Positions 10,395-22,508 of a DNA stretch of 64,000 nucleotides are shown piece by piece. A program made the translations under genes and the position numbers. Source of the DNA: Chlorokybus atmophyticus (Eukaryota > Plantae > Mesostigma and Chlorokybus algae); contig RHPI01000560.1 of NCBI GenBank assembly GCA_009103225.1, positions 355,465 to 419,464 of the forward strand. The letters are read 5' to 3'. How positions within the stretch are numbered: the first letter of the stretch is position 1; the number at the start of each line of letters is the position of its first letter. The notes beneath the pieces were generated by a model. That model was not told the DNA's origin. It ran no database searches and saw only the letters and a program-made list of their open reading frames with translations.

Positions 10395-11385
10395 ATGGCG
10401 GGGGGCGGTGTGCTACGGGGACTAGCAGCATTGATTCTGGCTATGGCATTGGCGCTGCCAGGGATGGCGGTGACGCTGACGGTGGGCGGTACGGATGTTG
10501 TCGTGGCGGACGTGGCCGGTGACGCTGCCTGCTGCAGCATATTTGAGGATGTCCCGCATGACGCTTACAGCTCGGGCAATGCGGTAGGCTAGTGTTGACG
10601 GATGATATGCCCAGATGGTATGTATGTACCCATGTGGCGTATACACATCTTTTGTGCGCACAGTCAACCTGTGCAAGCTTGCTAATGAACATGCTGCGAT
10701 GAAGCGTAGTCGTACTGGAGCACTTGTTCAGCAAGTCCCGTTCCAAGCATGCGACTGCATGCCTTAGCAACGACAGTGCATGCATGATCTTGAAGGCACA
10801 TGATGCAAACCTGCCATTTTTTTTGGTCGAGCAAGGGTTGCCAGAGGTCCAGATTGTAAGAGTTGTTCGTCTATTGCACTTGAACTGCGCAGGTACTCAA
10901 TATGCCCATAGTATTATGTCAGCGCTGGCAAACAGCATGCAATCAGTGTCGCTACAGCTGACCAAAGCTGCTCACAGGATGCATGCGTCACGCCCGGCGC
11001 ATGCACCGACTCGTGCAAGCGTGCTGCCTTTGGTTTTATCAGAAAGGTGGGTGCTTCGCCGCGTCAGGAATGCAAAAGTACGTAAGTTGAATCTTGTGAG
11101 TGAGTACTCCAAACTACTGCACGTGCACAGGTTGACTGCGCATACTGTTGGGGAAAGACCTTGCAATGCGGGAACATGAGCAAGTTTGTGGGTGCGCGGA
11201 TGGCGTGGGAGCTGCTGACTGGGGCCCTCACAGGATGCGTGATACCCAACACAACACTATGCTTGGGGCGCAGCAACTCCTGTTCTATGGATGCTACGCC
11301 AAGGTCTTCTGCACTGTTCGTGGTGGTGACTTTGGCTGTGGCAATGCTGCTTTTGCCGGTGTTGAATATTTTGCATCCTGTGTGA
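10395..11385 (+). CDS. Small secreted Cys-rich protein, predicted GPI/C-terminally anchored (170 aa; paralog B)
   Basis: Exons 10395-10583, 10978-11046 and 11131-11385, all GT..AG and phase 0. Aligns to paralog A: DAACC / DACVTPGACTDSCK / VDCAYCWGKTLQC / AWELLTGALTGCVIP..C. N-terminal signal peptide and hydrophobic C-terminus. Confidence 0.85.
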
Positions 11386-11738
11386 TGCACACTGATGATC
11401 CCGTTTGTTATGAGGTACATATTCCCGTTTGTTATGAGGTACATATTGTCAGCAAGTGTATGTAATCAGCTGCGTACTGCCATCTGGTGTACATACAAAC
11501 ACAACTCGCCATTTGCGGGTTTTTCACCCAACACCTCGGCCACTGCTGGCAACCAAACATCAGCCATTGAGGCACACAAGACGGCCAGTAGTAAGGCCAG
11601 TTACAACAAAATCAGCACCGAAACAGGCCCATGCCTACCGCACTTGGTGCCAGCCAGCAACACCTACTCTACCAAACAATGTCAAATGGTAATGTACACA
11701 AATCTCTATCCTTACTACGCCGCAGCAACAACACGCTC

Positions 11739-14700
11739 TTACGAGAACTGCCTGTGCGCAATGTCAATGGGCGCGTGCACGGCAGTTCGGCCAAGCTCCG
11801 GCTCCAGAGTAATCTCCCCGCCGCTCATCTCTCCATTCTCTAAAGATGATGCTTGCTCGGGTGAGCCTGCTGATGAAGGTGAGGACTCATCGCGGGCAAC
11901 TGCCACGTACGCAGCATCTCGTCTGCGACGCATGCGCTCAACCAGTATTGATGCAACTATGGTGACCAGCACAGCTACCGCCAGGGCCACTGTTATCAAC
12001 ACCACCACTGCTTGTCCAGATGGGGCTATCGAGGATGCCGGTTTTCGCACGATGAATGTCTCATCGATGGTTTCACCTGCAAGCCACCACGAGATAAGCA
12101 ATGCGCACGAATATCGTGTGCGTCCTCACATGAAAAAGCATGCACGTTGCACGCAGTTGTTGTGCCGCAATGCATGCAGCTGGAATTAACAACACATGCG
12201 TGACAATGGGCTGCCTCTGCATCGGTGAAGCAATAAAAGCAACACTGCACATTACCTGTCTCAGAACTTATGTAAGCCACGTGCATGATGTCAGGTTCGG
12301 CAGTCACACGAACGTAACCGTAGTGCATGAAGTCCTGATTGATGCTCCACACTGTGTCCACGAATGGAGTCTGGTAGCGAAATGCTCCTGCGGTGCCAAC
12401 AGTGACATGCACTGTGCCTTCAGCCGCTGCCACGCACTGCTGTTGGTGCACGACACACGTGCGCTGGTACGAGTGGTAGTGGCCGGCCAGCCACAGATCC
12501 ACTTGGTACTTGTACAGCAGAGGCTCTATGCTCTCCCGCATATGATCAGCAATTTGCCACTCCACTGTGTTGTTCTGCAGGGCGAGCAACAGTAACATCA
12601 GGGCGCATGCCGAAGGCTGATGATACAGCTGGACACTGCCACAGACCAATCAGCCTAGCAGACACTCCAGCAACAACAGATGGCAAAGGGAAGAACACCC
12701 CGGAAAGCACAGCATACCACGTCCTTTGCACAAGCAACGCACTCCTCTTGGACATGACACAAGCTGAGGACTCGCTTGACATACTGTCTTCGCCAGTGTG
12801 CAGCATCCTCGCAATCATACCGTACGTGACCCTCCCTAAACCTACCGGAGGGCGGACCTGCGAGCAGTACATCGGGCGATGCGATGTGACGACCACCCAT
12901 GGTGTCTTTGTGCGCTTCACGGCGCGGAGGTCAGCCTTCAGCCAGCGCAGTTGAGCAGAGCCCTCCATGAAGTCGTGTTCTGTCGACAGCTGCACCACAT
13001 GCACATTCCCATAGTCGAATGAGTACCAGAACAGCTTGAAGCCATTCGCTGGTGGCCGGAACCTGGCAAGTGTTGGTACGGCGCACTCTGTTTGCAAAAA
13101 CCCAAGTCAGCACCAGGCCACGAATGCCTATGCCATTTCAGAAGTGACAGCACCGGAGTTGCTTCAGTTAACAATGGCAGCACTCAACTAGCATATTGTT
13201 GAATCCGTACCGATGTCCAAGATGGACATGTAAACAGTCGCATAATTGCACTTCTAACAACATTTAGGCGAGTAGCATGCTCGTTGACGAATCATGAGCT
13301 GCTTACAAGTTGTGCAGACAGTCTCTTGCATGCTTACCTCCCCCTGAATCGTCTCCATAGTTGCCCCATTCAGGCCGGAACCCACCAGGAAGAGCAGCCC
13401 CGCTAGGATCCCTCTCACCACCACTGGAATGATCATACTCGTGGTTGCCCATGCTCACCATGTACCTGTGAGGGGACAGACGGGGACACAAGCTAAGACT
13501 ATACTGCTGTAGCAATAGCACTCAACAACTGAATAGCTGAGTGTTAGCACCGCATTCCCAGTGCGTGGGTACTACATTGCAACACAACTGGGTTCTACTT
13601 ACGGTGTAGATGCTGCAATAGGCTCGATTTGCCGCATGAAGCGCTCCCACACGTACTCTGCAAGCGGAAGAGTTAGTGTATTTGACACAAACAGGGAGCA
13701 AGAGTGGACTTGAATCAGCCAGCACCTGCGCCCAGGGCATATGCCAGGTCTCCATAGTGCAGCACAAAGTCGGCCCTGGAGCTCTCCGCTGCAACCGCCT
13801 TGGCTGTAGACCTTGCATCACCCCATTCAAACAGCGGAGGCTTCTCTTGGTCGTCAGCATTCACAAAGTAGCTGATACCCATATCCCCATAACTGTAAAC
13901 ATTAGCATGTTCCAGTTAAAGTCATGTGGTTTCACACGCACTGCAGAAGACGTATTTGACCGTTTCATGCAAAACGAAAAAGTAAAAATTAGCATGGTGC
14001 ACCACCGAACACCTGTTCCCTTTTTCCTGCTATGCTGATGGTTGACACGGTAACACTTACCCAATAAATGTGACAGCTTCGGTTGGGCCTACTAGAGGGG
14101 GAGCTTTGAAGCTGTACTCCTTGCTCCATCCCTGCTTGTCATTGCCAAAGCGATAGAAGTAGCGAGCACCAGGGTGCAACTTCCTGTCAATGCAACCTTC
14201 CATTGAGTTACTGTTGTGAGGAAAAACATAATACTTGCTACACAATATGCAACCATAATCATGGAGCAAACAACTATGTAAGCCAGTCCACAGACGCCAC
14301 ATTTGGTGTGTGCAACGCAGTTGGTAACTAGTGGCATGCCTGAGTGTCACTGTGCGGAAGTAGCCAGGATGCCGGAACCATCTTTGCGCAACTATGTTTG
14401 CAGGCGCGTCGCAAAGCAAATCGGCTGTGTATGTGCCCAATGCGTTATCAAAGCCCTCTTCCAACACGCTATACTGGCCTGGGGAGGTCCCATACTGCAC
14501 TTGCGGCTTGTAGTTCTTGCTTCTCGTCGTCCAGGACACTTGCTGCATAGCACCCACATTACCACAATCATGCTATGCACACCCAAGCCAAAACACTTGA
14601 TGCTTCAAGTCCACTCACCACTTGGCCAGGGAACCCCGTCAATGCCAGCCGGCCATGTCGAAGCCCTACGTTCAAAACACGCACTTTATTTGAAACCGCT

Positions 14701-15881
14701 AGGGGCGATCCAGGCCCACGGTAGAGCGCAAAGACATAATCGCATCCCATGTCAATGAACTCAGTGTCCAAAGTGATGTTGCCGCTAATCTGGGTGAGGT
14801 TCCATTCTGTGAACACAATGCCGTCCAGCGTGTGCATGTCCATTGGACCGCTCACAGTCTTTGGCATCGCCTCGCCATCATAGAGACAAAATACTGCTAT
14901 GAAGTCCTCCAAGCTAGTGTCTTTGCCTCCACTGCACAACAAGAAATACCATGTTCACACCACAGGTTTGGTCACAAGAACACAGTCGCAGCATACACAT
15001 ATCCATACACACATGTGTTTGCATGTATACAATGCGGGAGAACGTCTGTGCACTAGGCAAGGAAACAATGAGAGTTGTTCTTACGGACTTCATTACAATA
15101 TTGTGCGCACCGCCAAGCAACATAATTACAGACAGCGAGGCCCTCTCAACCCTGATATGTATGTCTTGCAAGGTTGTTACAACTGGTTTTGAGGACATCA
15201 GCTTCCATGTGATGTGATGATACCTTCGAAGCATAGGATAAATTCTACATGCACGTGTTGCCCTCTTGCCAACTGTCCACTGACAACCAACTTGCGTACG
15301 CGTCACCTTGCAAAGCTGTAAGAAGAGTAGTGCTGCCTCGGGCATGCACAGTGCTAAACAAACAACTGCGCAAAAGTGGTGCTGGTGAAAGTCAGCCGCA
15401 AAAAATGCCACTGGCTTTGAAGGGTGTGGATGCAGATGTGCGACTCTGCATGCACGGCAAATTTTCTGCATTGCTGTGCCAGTCGCCATGATTATGGCTG
15501 TGCATTGACACACTTGCACAATTGGTAACTACGTGCGCACGTTGGTTGCCTTTCACATGTTGTGCACAGCTGTCCCACAGCCGCATGCCACAGAACGACA
15601 CGACAGAAGCTGACAGCTGGCACGGACCTCCAACTAAGGGTGACTTTCCCGCCGTCCTCCACCACATCAGGGGAAGCCTGCAGCGTGAGGTGAGAGGCGG
15701 AGTCAACCGGGCCAGTGACATCGCCGGTGTCATCGACCTGGCTGAGCACCCGCCCGGCGCCCCGCTCATGCCCTAGCCCCAGGAAAGAGCCTGCAGCATG
15801 CACTTCGCTGCCAGCGGCTCCAGCTGCGGCGACCAGCAGCGCCACCAGAACCAGCGCTGCGGCAAACCGCAAGTTCCGCAT
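11739..15881 (-). CDS. Purple acid phosphatase (plant nucleotide pyrophosphatase-like type) with signal peptide, FN3-like N-domains and a C-terminal transmembrane helix
   Basis: Multi-exon. Signal peptide MRNLRFAAALVLVALLVAAAGA. All five PAP metal motifs: DMG, GDLAY, GNHE, VTSH, GHYH. FWYSFDYGNVHVVQLSTEHDF. TM segment AVVVLITVALAVAVLVTIVASILV followed by RMRRRR. Confidence 0.92.
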
Positions 15882-16021
15882 GGCGCAGGGACAGGCCACA
15901 CTGCCACGGGATGAGCAGGCCGGTGATGCCCTAGTCCACGCCAACGACAACGCCGCCACCACCGCAGGTACCAGGCTGCAGCCGCAGGCGCCTGTCACGC
16001 TCCCCAACATGCGCCAGTTCG

Positions 16022-16029
16022 GCATATTC
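16022..16029. promoter_or_regulatory. P1BS-like element (GNATATNC) ~140 bp upstream of the PAP start codon
   Basis: GCATATTC matches the PHR1-binding consensus. It is a short motif and could occur by chance. Confidence 0.4.
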
Positions 16030-19000
16030 CCTCCTGCAAATCGCACGGCCGACGTTGGGTGACCCAACGCTCGCCCGGGTCGGATGGCCCACCACCCCAA
16101 GTGGGCAGTGAGACGCTGACTCTTTGACCGCTCAAGGCTGACGTGAAGTGCCATGCGATGGTAATTACTGATGAGTTACGCGAACAAACTTCAACTCAGA
16201 CATTCACTTCTAGGAATCATAATAGAAGTGCCATGTCATGGTGATTAATAACTTATACGAACAAACTTCATTTCAGACATTCACTTTCAATTATTGTGAT
16301 AGACAAAGATACTTTATGCTATGCTTTATCTATAAATGTTTTGGGACCCTCTACTTCATTATACATATAATTTGATTTGATCCGCAAATTACTTGCACGC
16401 CTGAATGCTGTGTTTATGATGTTTGCGTGTGTGCTGTACTTGCATGTGGGAGCTTTATGCAAATGCTTAAACTCATTGCAACAGGCCTTTGCCAGCCGTG
16501 AGCTACGCACGTAAAGCGGGTAGCATAAACGGTATGAGCACGCAGGCACGCACGCACGCAGGCACGCGCACAATTCGCTTACGTACTTGCATGCTCTGCA
16601 TTTGCCTTGCCTCATGTCAAGAACCATATACATAGTATACACACTTTATACATGTATGTGATGTGCCAATAATGCTCATCCATAAAAGCTAGAATTCAAC
16701 TGGTTGTTTGCCGAAAGCAGCTGCATTCGAACATAAGTGTCGAACAACAATGCAGCATGGCTTATCGGCATTAACACAACATGTGGCATTGGTGTAGTAC
16801 TACACCAATGCCACATGTTCTAGTGCTTAGCGCTGAACATCGTTTATGTGTGTTAAAAAAAAAGCTGCCTTGTATAGATTGTTTTGCCGAATATCACCAT
16901 GCACATGGTCTGGAGGCTGTCGATAACATGGTAGTGCTGCGGAATGTTTGTGCAAACATCACTTGTCGTATTGCATTTAAAAACGTAAAAAGCCCTCTTA
17001 AGGCAGCACAATAAATTGCATTTCCATTAACATTGCTTTAAGATTTAAAAGCTTGCAAATAATAGTAATAATAGTAATGTCTGCAACCGGATGCTAATAG
17101 AACATTTAGTTCTGAAACATGTATTGGTTATTGTCGCTCGCCATGAACATGCCGTGCCACTACGGCAACCACATATTTGCTATAAGGTTGCGCATTAACC
17201 TCAGGATCTACTTAACCTCATTCTCATAATGATAATGTGACAACAATGACTGAAGTAATGGTTCCCTCCAAACATTGTGCAGATTATGCGTCTCGATAAT
17301 ACAACTTGTTACCATTATGAGCATGTAACAGGGTTCCGAATGCCATCACATCACATTCGTCATTTTTTTGTGCGTGTGCAACTTGTGTGGTTGTGTTTGC
17401 ATGCTTTACCTCAAGTTAATCAAGTGGTTTTATTTTGTAAGTGGTAGGTCGTTGAGGCTGACGTCATTTTATGAGCAGGTATGGTCAATGTCTTTTAGTA
17501 GTTCGTTGGCGCTATTACACATTATTGTGCGGTCAAGTTAAGAGTGCGACAATGCATGTCCACATGCGTGTGGTTTGGCTTCATTGTTTGTATGTTGTAC
17601 GTATAAACGTTAGCCATTACTAAAATTGCTAGTATAATAATATAGTCAGTAGTTGAAACTACACTGCCGAATTGACAATGTTTTTAAGGGCGCAAGGTGT
17701 CATTCATGCCGTGCACATGGTGTACAAAAGATGCAAGCTGCATCACGTGCATGTAAAGCACACCGCATGCAAAGCAACCTCACATATCAACTCAGCACAC
17801 CGCATGCATTTACACATAGGCCACCGGGCTGCATATTAGCCTAGCTACTCACTAAGCACGACACTAACTATCACTACCCCGTTAAACATCATGCAGTGCA
17901 TGCATGGCAGTTCATAGTCTTTATCTGCACGCATATGCAGCTAGTTAGTCTTCCACGCGGTTGCCTCAGCCAGCAGCATGAGCAGAACACGGACTCCCCT
18001 CGCCCTTTCCACTCTCTCTCCCGCTCTCCTTCACCCACACCCTCACTCCCTCCGCTTCGTGGTGCTGCTGCTGCTTGAAACCCTCGTCCAGGGCCCCTCT
18101 GCCCCTTCCCTCTGCCCTGCCCCTTGTGGCAGCGGTGCTGTCGGGTCGCTCAGCCATGAGCTGGGTCACTGGCACGCCCTCGCTGCTAGTTAGGTGCTAG
18201 TGGTTGGGTGGTGGGGATGGCATCTAGTGTCTGTCGCACGGGCAAGCATGTTTACCAATCCGCCTGCTCCCTGCAGTCCTTGCAGTGCTGCGTGGGCCGT
18301 CCGCTTGTGGCGCACCGCCACAAACACCAGCTTGTACAACAGCGGCGCAGGAGTGCAATACATGTAGTTGTTGTCACGCAACATCTGTACGGTATGAGAG
18401 TCATGCAAGTAGTCTATTTATGAGCAACAAGCAAGCACAAGCACATGTACGTACCGGTTGGTACCAACCGGCCAACCAACAAAGCACCTAAACTCCATAG
18501 CTTGAGGAGAGGAAATAGCTTACACACAATGCCACTGTCACCTTCCAAGCTATGTGCGGGCAAGTGCGTGCAGTAGTGGACGGGATGTGGAAGTGTACAG
18601 TGCAGCAACACGGGGACAACCTGCAGGAGTAGAGGGGCGCGAGTCTAGCTGGCAGGGTTAGGGTGGGAGTGCCATGTAATGTATGCGTGGTGTAGCTACG
18701 GCGTGCGCATGTGTTAGGATGGTACCCGCGCTTACAATCCTTGCATTCTATTTATTATAGCTCAACGCTTGCGTGTCAATGACATATGTACGTGCGCTAG
18801 CGCACTAGCGGCAGTGTACATGTTTTGGTTAGGCATGGACATGTTCCTGGACCCTTGCCCGTGTTTCCTTTTCAATGTGCCAGTGTTTGTGCAATGTGAT
18901 AGAGGGTTTCTCACAATAGAGGGTTATCCTATATGCCGTGCACGTGATATGTTGCAGCCTTGTTGGAACCAGTTGTTAGCACTGCTCGTACACAATTTCT

Positions 19001-19530
19001 CGAGCCTGTTAGCGCAGCACATAATCCCCCTNNNNNNNNNNNNNNNNNNNNNNNNNNNCCCCCCCCCCCCCCCCCCTGTACATACAATGCGAAATGACAA
19101 TGTGGACATGGAATTAAGCATGCATGTTGACAGAACGCAGCTAATAGCTAGCTAGCTAGCTTGTATATCTAGCCCGGTGGTTATCAAACGCTCTGCTCTC
19201 ATGGTATGGATGGCTTGCTCATGCAACTGTCATGCTTGGGTTGTAAGTCACAATCAAAGCATATACTGAACACACAAAAGAACATCAATCTAAAACAAAG
19301 CAAGACAGAAACAACCACTGTAAACTGCACTGAGCTCCCAAGCTCAGTGCAGTGCTGTATATACCAGTACATGGATTCAAGCCCAACCACCAGCAAAGCT
19401 TTACTAGGTCTCGACGTAATTAACATGTTTTTGACCAGCTTCTACTGCATGCAGCTCATAGTGTATGACACCCAATATGCTTGGCAACCAACCACTTCAT
19501 TCATCATGCCCTTGAAAAAACCTGTACCGC

Positions 19531-22508
19531 TTAACCCGTCCAGCCCTTCTCCATAAGTACGCCAATGTCATCGCGCAGCTGGTTCGTCGCACCAATGTCA
19601 ATGATGTTTCTTGCAACCTCAGCACTGCGCAAGCCCGCCAGCGTCATTTTGTCATCATATACGAATGTGTATGCGGTCGTTTCCGGCAGCACTAGAAGCC
19701 TCTGCACACGACAATTGCCAGTCTCAGGCGCAGTGCATGACTGATGAGACTCACCTCTTGAGTGCTGAAGCAGAGAGCGGGAAACAAAACAAGTGGACTG
19801 ACCTTGACAAACTGAGCTTGAGTGCTGATAGCGTTCTTGTATCGCTGTGACTCGAAGAACAACTCCATGTCTAGGCGGGTGGAGAAGGCAACCTCAAGAG
19901 CAGCCTGTGCGGCATAGCCACAACATGTCAAGCCATAACTAACCTGCCTGTGAGCGTAAGTGCTCAATGAGTGACAACATCTCAGCCAACCTGGTAGAAC
20001 TTTTCAGGGGGGTCCGAGTGGGCAACACCGGCAGCATCAGGGCGATCAACATTCAAGCCGTCAAAGAGATGCAGCCGAAGCTTGATCAACTGCCACGGGC
20101 AAGGTTGTTGAACTGATTGTTCCAGAACAAAAGTTAACAATTGAATCTCAAGTTCAACGCCATACAGCACACATGCTGATGACACACATCGGTGACTTCA
20201 GTGGTTTGACACAAACACCTGCATGCCCAGACATTTGCCTAGAAGCCCAACCCACCTCTGGTGAAAAATACAACTCCCGTGCAAAGCCTTGCATGTACTC
20301 GCGGAAGGCATCCACTGACACGCCATCTTGCGCGCGGATGAGCACATGGAACTTGACGGCAGGGATAACACCCAGCGGTGAGCCAGACCGCATGTAGTCC
20401 ATGTATGTGAAAGAGTTGCCGACAGCAGTTGTGTAACCAAGAGCTTTCCTGAACACTACCATACAGCAAGAAGTCAGCATGATCGTCACACGCAAGTGGT
20501 GGCTTGCATACCAGAACCGCACAATGCGTGCATAGCAGCATGTATAAAGCTGCCTACCATTATGTTCATCGTCCATCAGAATGGCTGAAGCCTTAAACCA
20601 CAAGTTGCGGTCTTCATCTGTCCTAAACGTCAGCTCTGCAATGCCATCGAAGGAAGACTCAGCATTGGTGTCGTACTCAATTCCTGGGGCAGTCTGCCAA
20701 AGTCCACCCTCGCTATGACCCACATGAAACTGCCAGTACTGATGCTGGCCAGGCAAGCGAGCGCACACAGGGCCGTGCACGTTCTTCCTGCAATATGATG
20801 GTACATCAGAGCCAATTGCACCCATGTTGATAACGATGCTGACTGTAAGCACATTGGCGCAAGGAGATAGGCAGTTAACTACCGCCCTATCCACGTACGA
20901 CAATTGGCTGCAAGAGCAAACAAGAGAGACCAGTAGACTCCAATGTGACTGCCAGTGCCTTGCAAGGAGGGNAGGTGGATTTGGGTGCGTATAGCGGGTG
21001 GTATGGCGCTGAGAACGGGCGTGGGAGGCGGTTTGCGAGCGGGTTCGTCATCAGATTGCTGTTGCGCTGAGGCGGGTGGCCTGCTTTGATGTACCAAAAA
21101 ACAAATACCAAAGCAAAGGTAAATCTAACCGGAAGCGTGGATGTTTCAACAAGTATGATGGTTTCAACTGTGTGCTGTGTACTCTGTCCATGATTCCTGT
21201 ACATTACCTTGAGGGGGGGGGGGCATGCAACTCTGGTGCCCCTCCCCTTGCACAGGAATGAAACCACCAACTGTGTATGCAGGGCATTGTATGCATGGAA
21301 GTCATGGAGCTTGCTGGCACCAAGCAAGGCAGATGGCATGGCCTGCATGGTGCATTGCAACATGCACCATGCAGGCCATGCCATCTGAGTCAAGCTCAAG
21401 ATTGCCCTCTTTGCTTGCTTACCAGTAGTCATCAAAAAGAGCCTGTTGCAGTCCATGGCGCTTCCACAAGAGCACATAGAAGACCACCTTGCCAGCTGCA
21501 TCCCGGAAGCTCAGGTCTGGGGAGGTTCCCTCATCATGGAAACGGCCAGCAGTTGTCATCAACGGGAGCTTGAGATTGTCGCCGTACTTCTCCTTCTCCA
21601 GCCTGTAGAGAACATCTGCGATCTCGCCAACAGTGATGCCGCCCTCCTTCAGCTGGGAGCCACGCCTTTCCAGCAGCTCCCTGCCCAAGTTGGCCTTCCA
21701 CTGCAGGCGCTCATCAATGGGATTGAGCTGCGCAGGATTGGACTTGTCAGGAACAGGCGTCATGCAGCACTGAAGGACGCCATGCAATTTGGATTGATGC
21801 TAGCTCAGCTTGTGAATGGTATACGCAGGATGTCGTTTCCACCGTGCAACAAGCAGCTAATCGCTCAACAACCACATTGCACTGAAACAATCCTTGTAGC
21901 CCGTGCACACCTACCACACCTAGCAAGTCGCCTCCAAGCAACCTCCAAGCAGCATGCTGCTAACCATCCCAAACAACCATAACGGGATTTCAATGAGTGA
22001 GTTTCAATGAGTGAGCAGCAAGCACACTTTGACGTCTGATTGATGACATGCAGCAGTAAGCTTAACGAACGTCTTGCTCAACGAGCATGCGCCATCATCA
22101 CTGCATATCAGATTGCGCTGCTGACAACACCTTGACACCCAGACTGGCCAAAACGCATTGCCAAACAGCATGCACCTGAAATGCTTTGCACGAGAACTTG
22201 CAGCATTCCTGGCAATGCGTCGAGTAGCAATAAGACGCAACCATGCTGTAAACATCCTCGCGTCGACCTGTTTGTGTACGACGATAAAAAACCACACACA
22301 CCTTGGATCCTCCAGCTGGCTGTGTGCCAAGGAAGGAGAGCGCTCGCTGCACGTCAGTCGGTGAGGTTTGCAAGACAGCTGAGACAGCAGCAGGGCGTTT
22401 GCTTGCTAGGCGGGCGGGCTGACGCCGGGACAGGCGCAGGCGAGCGCCAGTAAAACCCGACGCGCGAGCTGTCGACACGCTGCCGTTGGCGACCTGGACG
22501 GCCTCCAT
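19531..22508 (-). CDS. EthD-domain protein of bacterial/cyanobacterial type with a predicted plastid transit peptide and an unknown N-terminal domain
   Basis: Spliced: ..FRDAAGKVVFYVLLWKRHGLQQALFDDYW|KNVHGPVCARLPGQHQYWQFHV..FDGIAELTF..ASAILMDDEHN..KFHVLIRAQDGVS..LIKLRLHLFD..RPDAAGVAH..AALEVAF..TAYTFVYDDKMTLAGLRS..IGATNQL..KGWTG*. The N-terminus is Ser/Ala/Arg-rich (MEAVQVANGSVSTARASGFTGARLRLSRRQPARLASKRPAAVSA). Exons between 22300 and 21770 are uncertain. Confidence 0.8.
20973..21213. repeat. 241-bp copy of 32085-32325 inside an EthD intron
   Basis: Reads identical to 32085-32325. Bounded by an N (20972) and a poly-G run. Confidence 0.9.
21330..21387. repeat. Perfect 26-bp inverted repeat (6-nt loop) in an intron
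   Basis: CAGATGGCATGGCCTGCATGGTGCAT-TGCAAC-ATGCACCATGCAGGCCATGCCATCTG. Confidence 0.9.

Noticed and set aside
11398-11447. 24-bp tandem duplication (CCCGTTTGTTATGAGGTACATATT x2) in a 3' UTR, and a 20-bp tandem at ~8329-8369
   Set aside because: Two-copy slippage duplications with no unique spacers; not CRISPR-like and no evidence of function.
17978-18193. ORF containing HELGH (zincin-like motif)
   Set aside because: Short, low-complexity CT-rich sequence with no flanking metalloprotease features; chance match likely.
19032-19058. N gap flanked by poly-C (also 49474-49550 flanked by poly-G)
   Set aside because: Assembly gaps at homopolymers; no biological inference possible.
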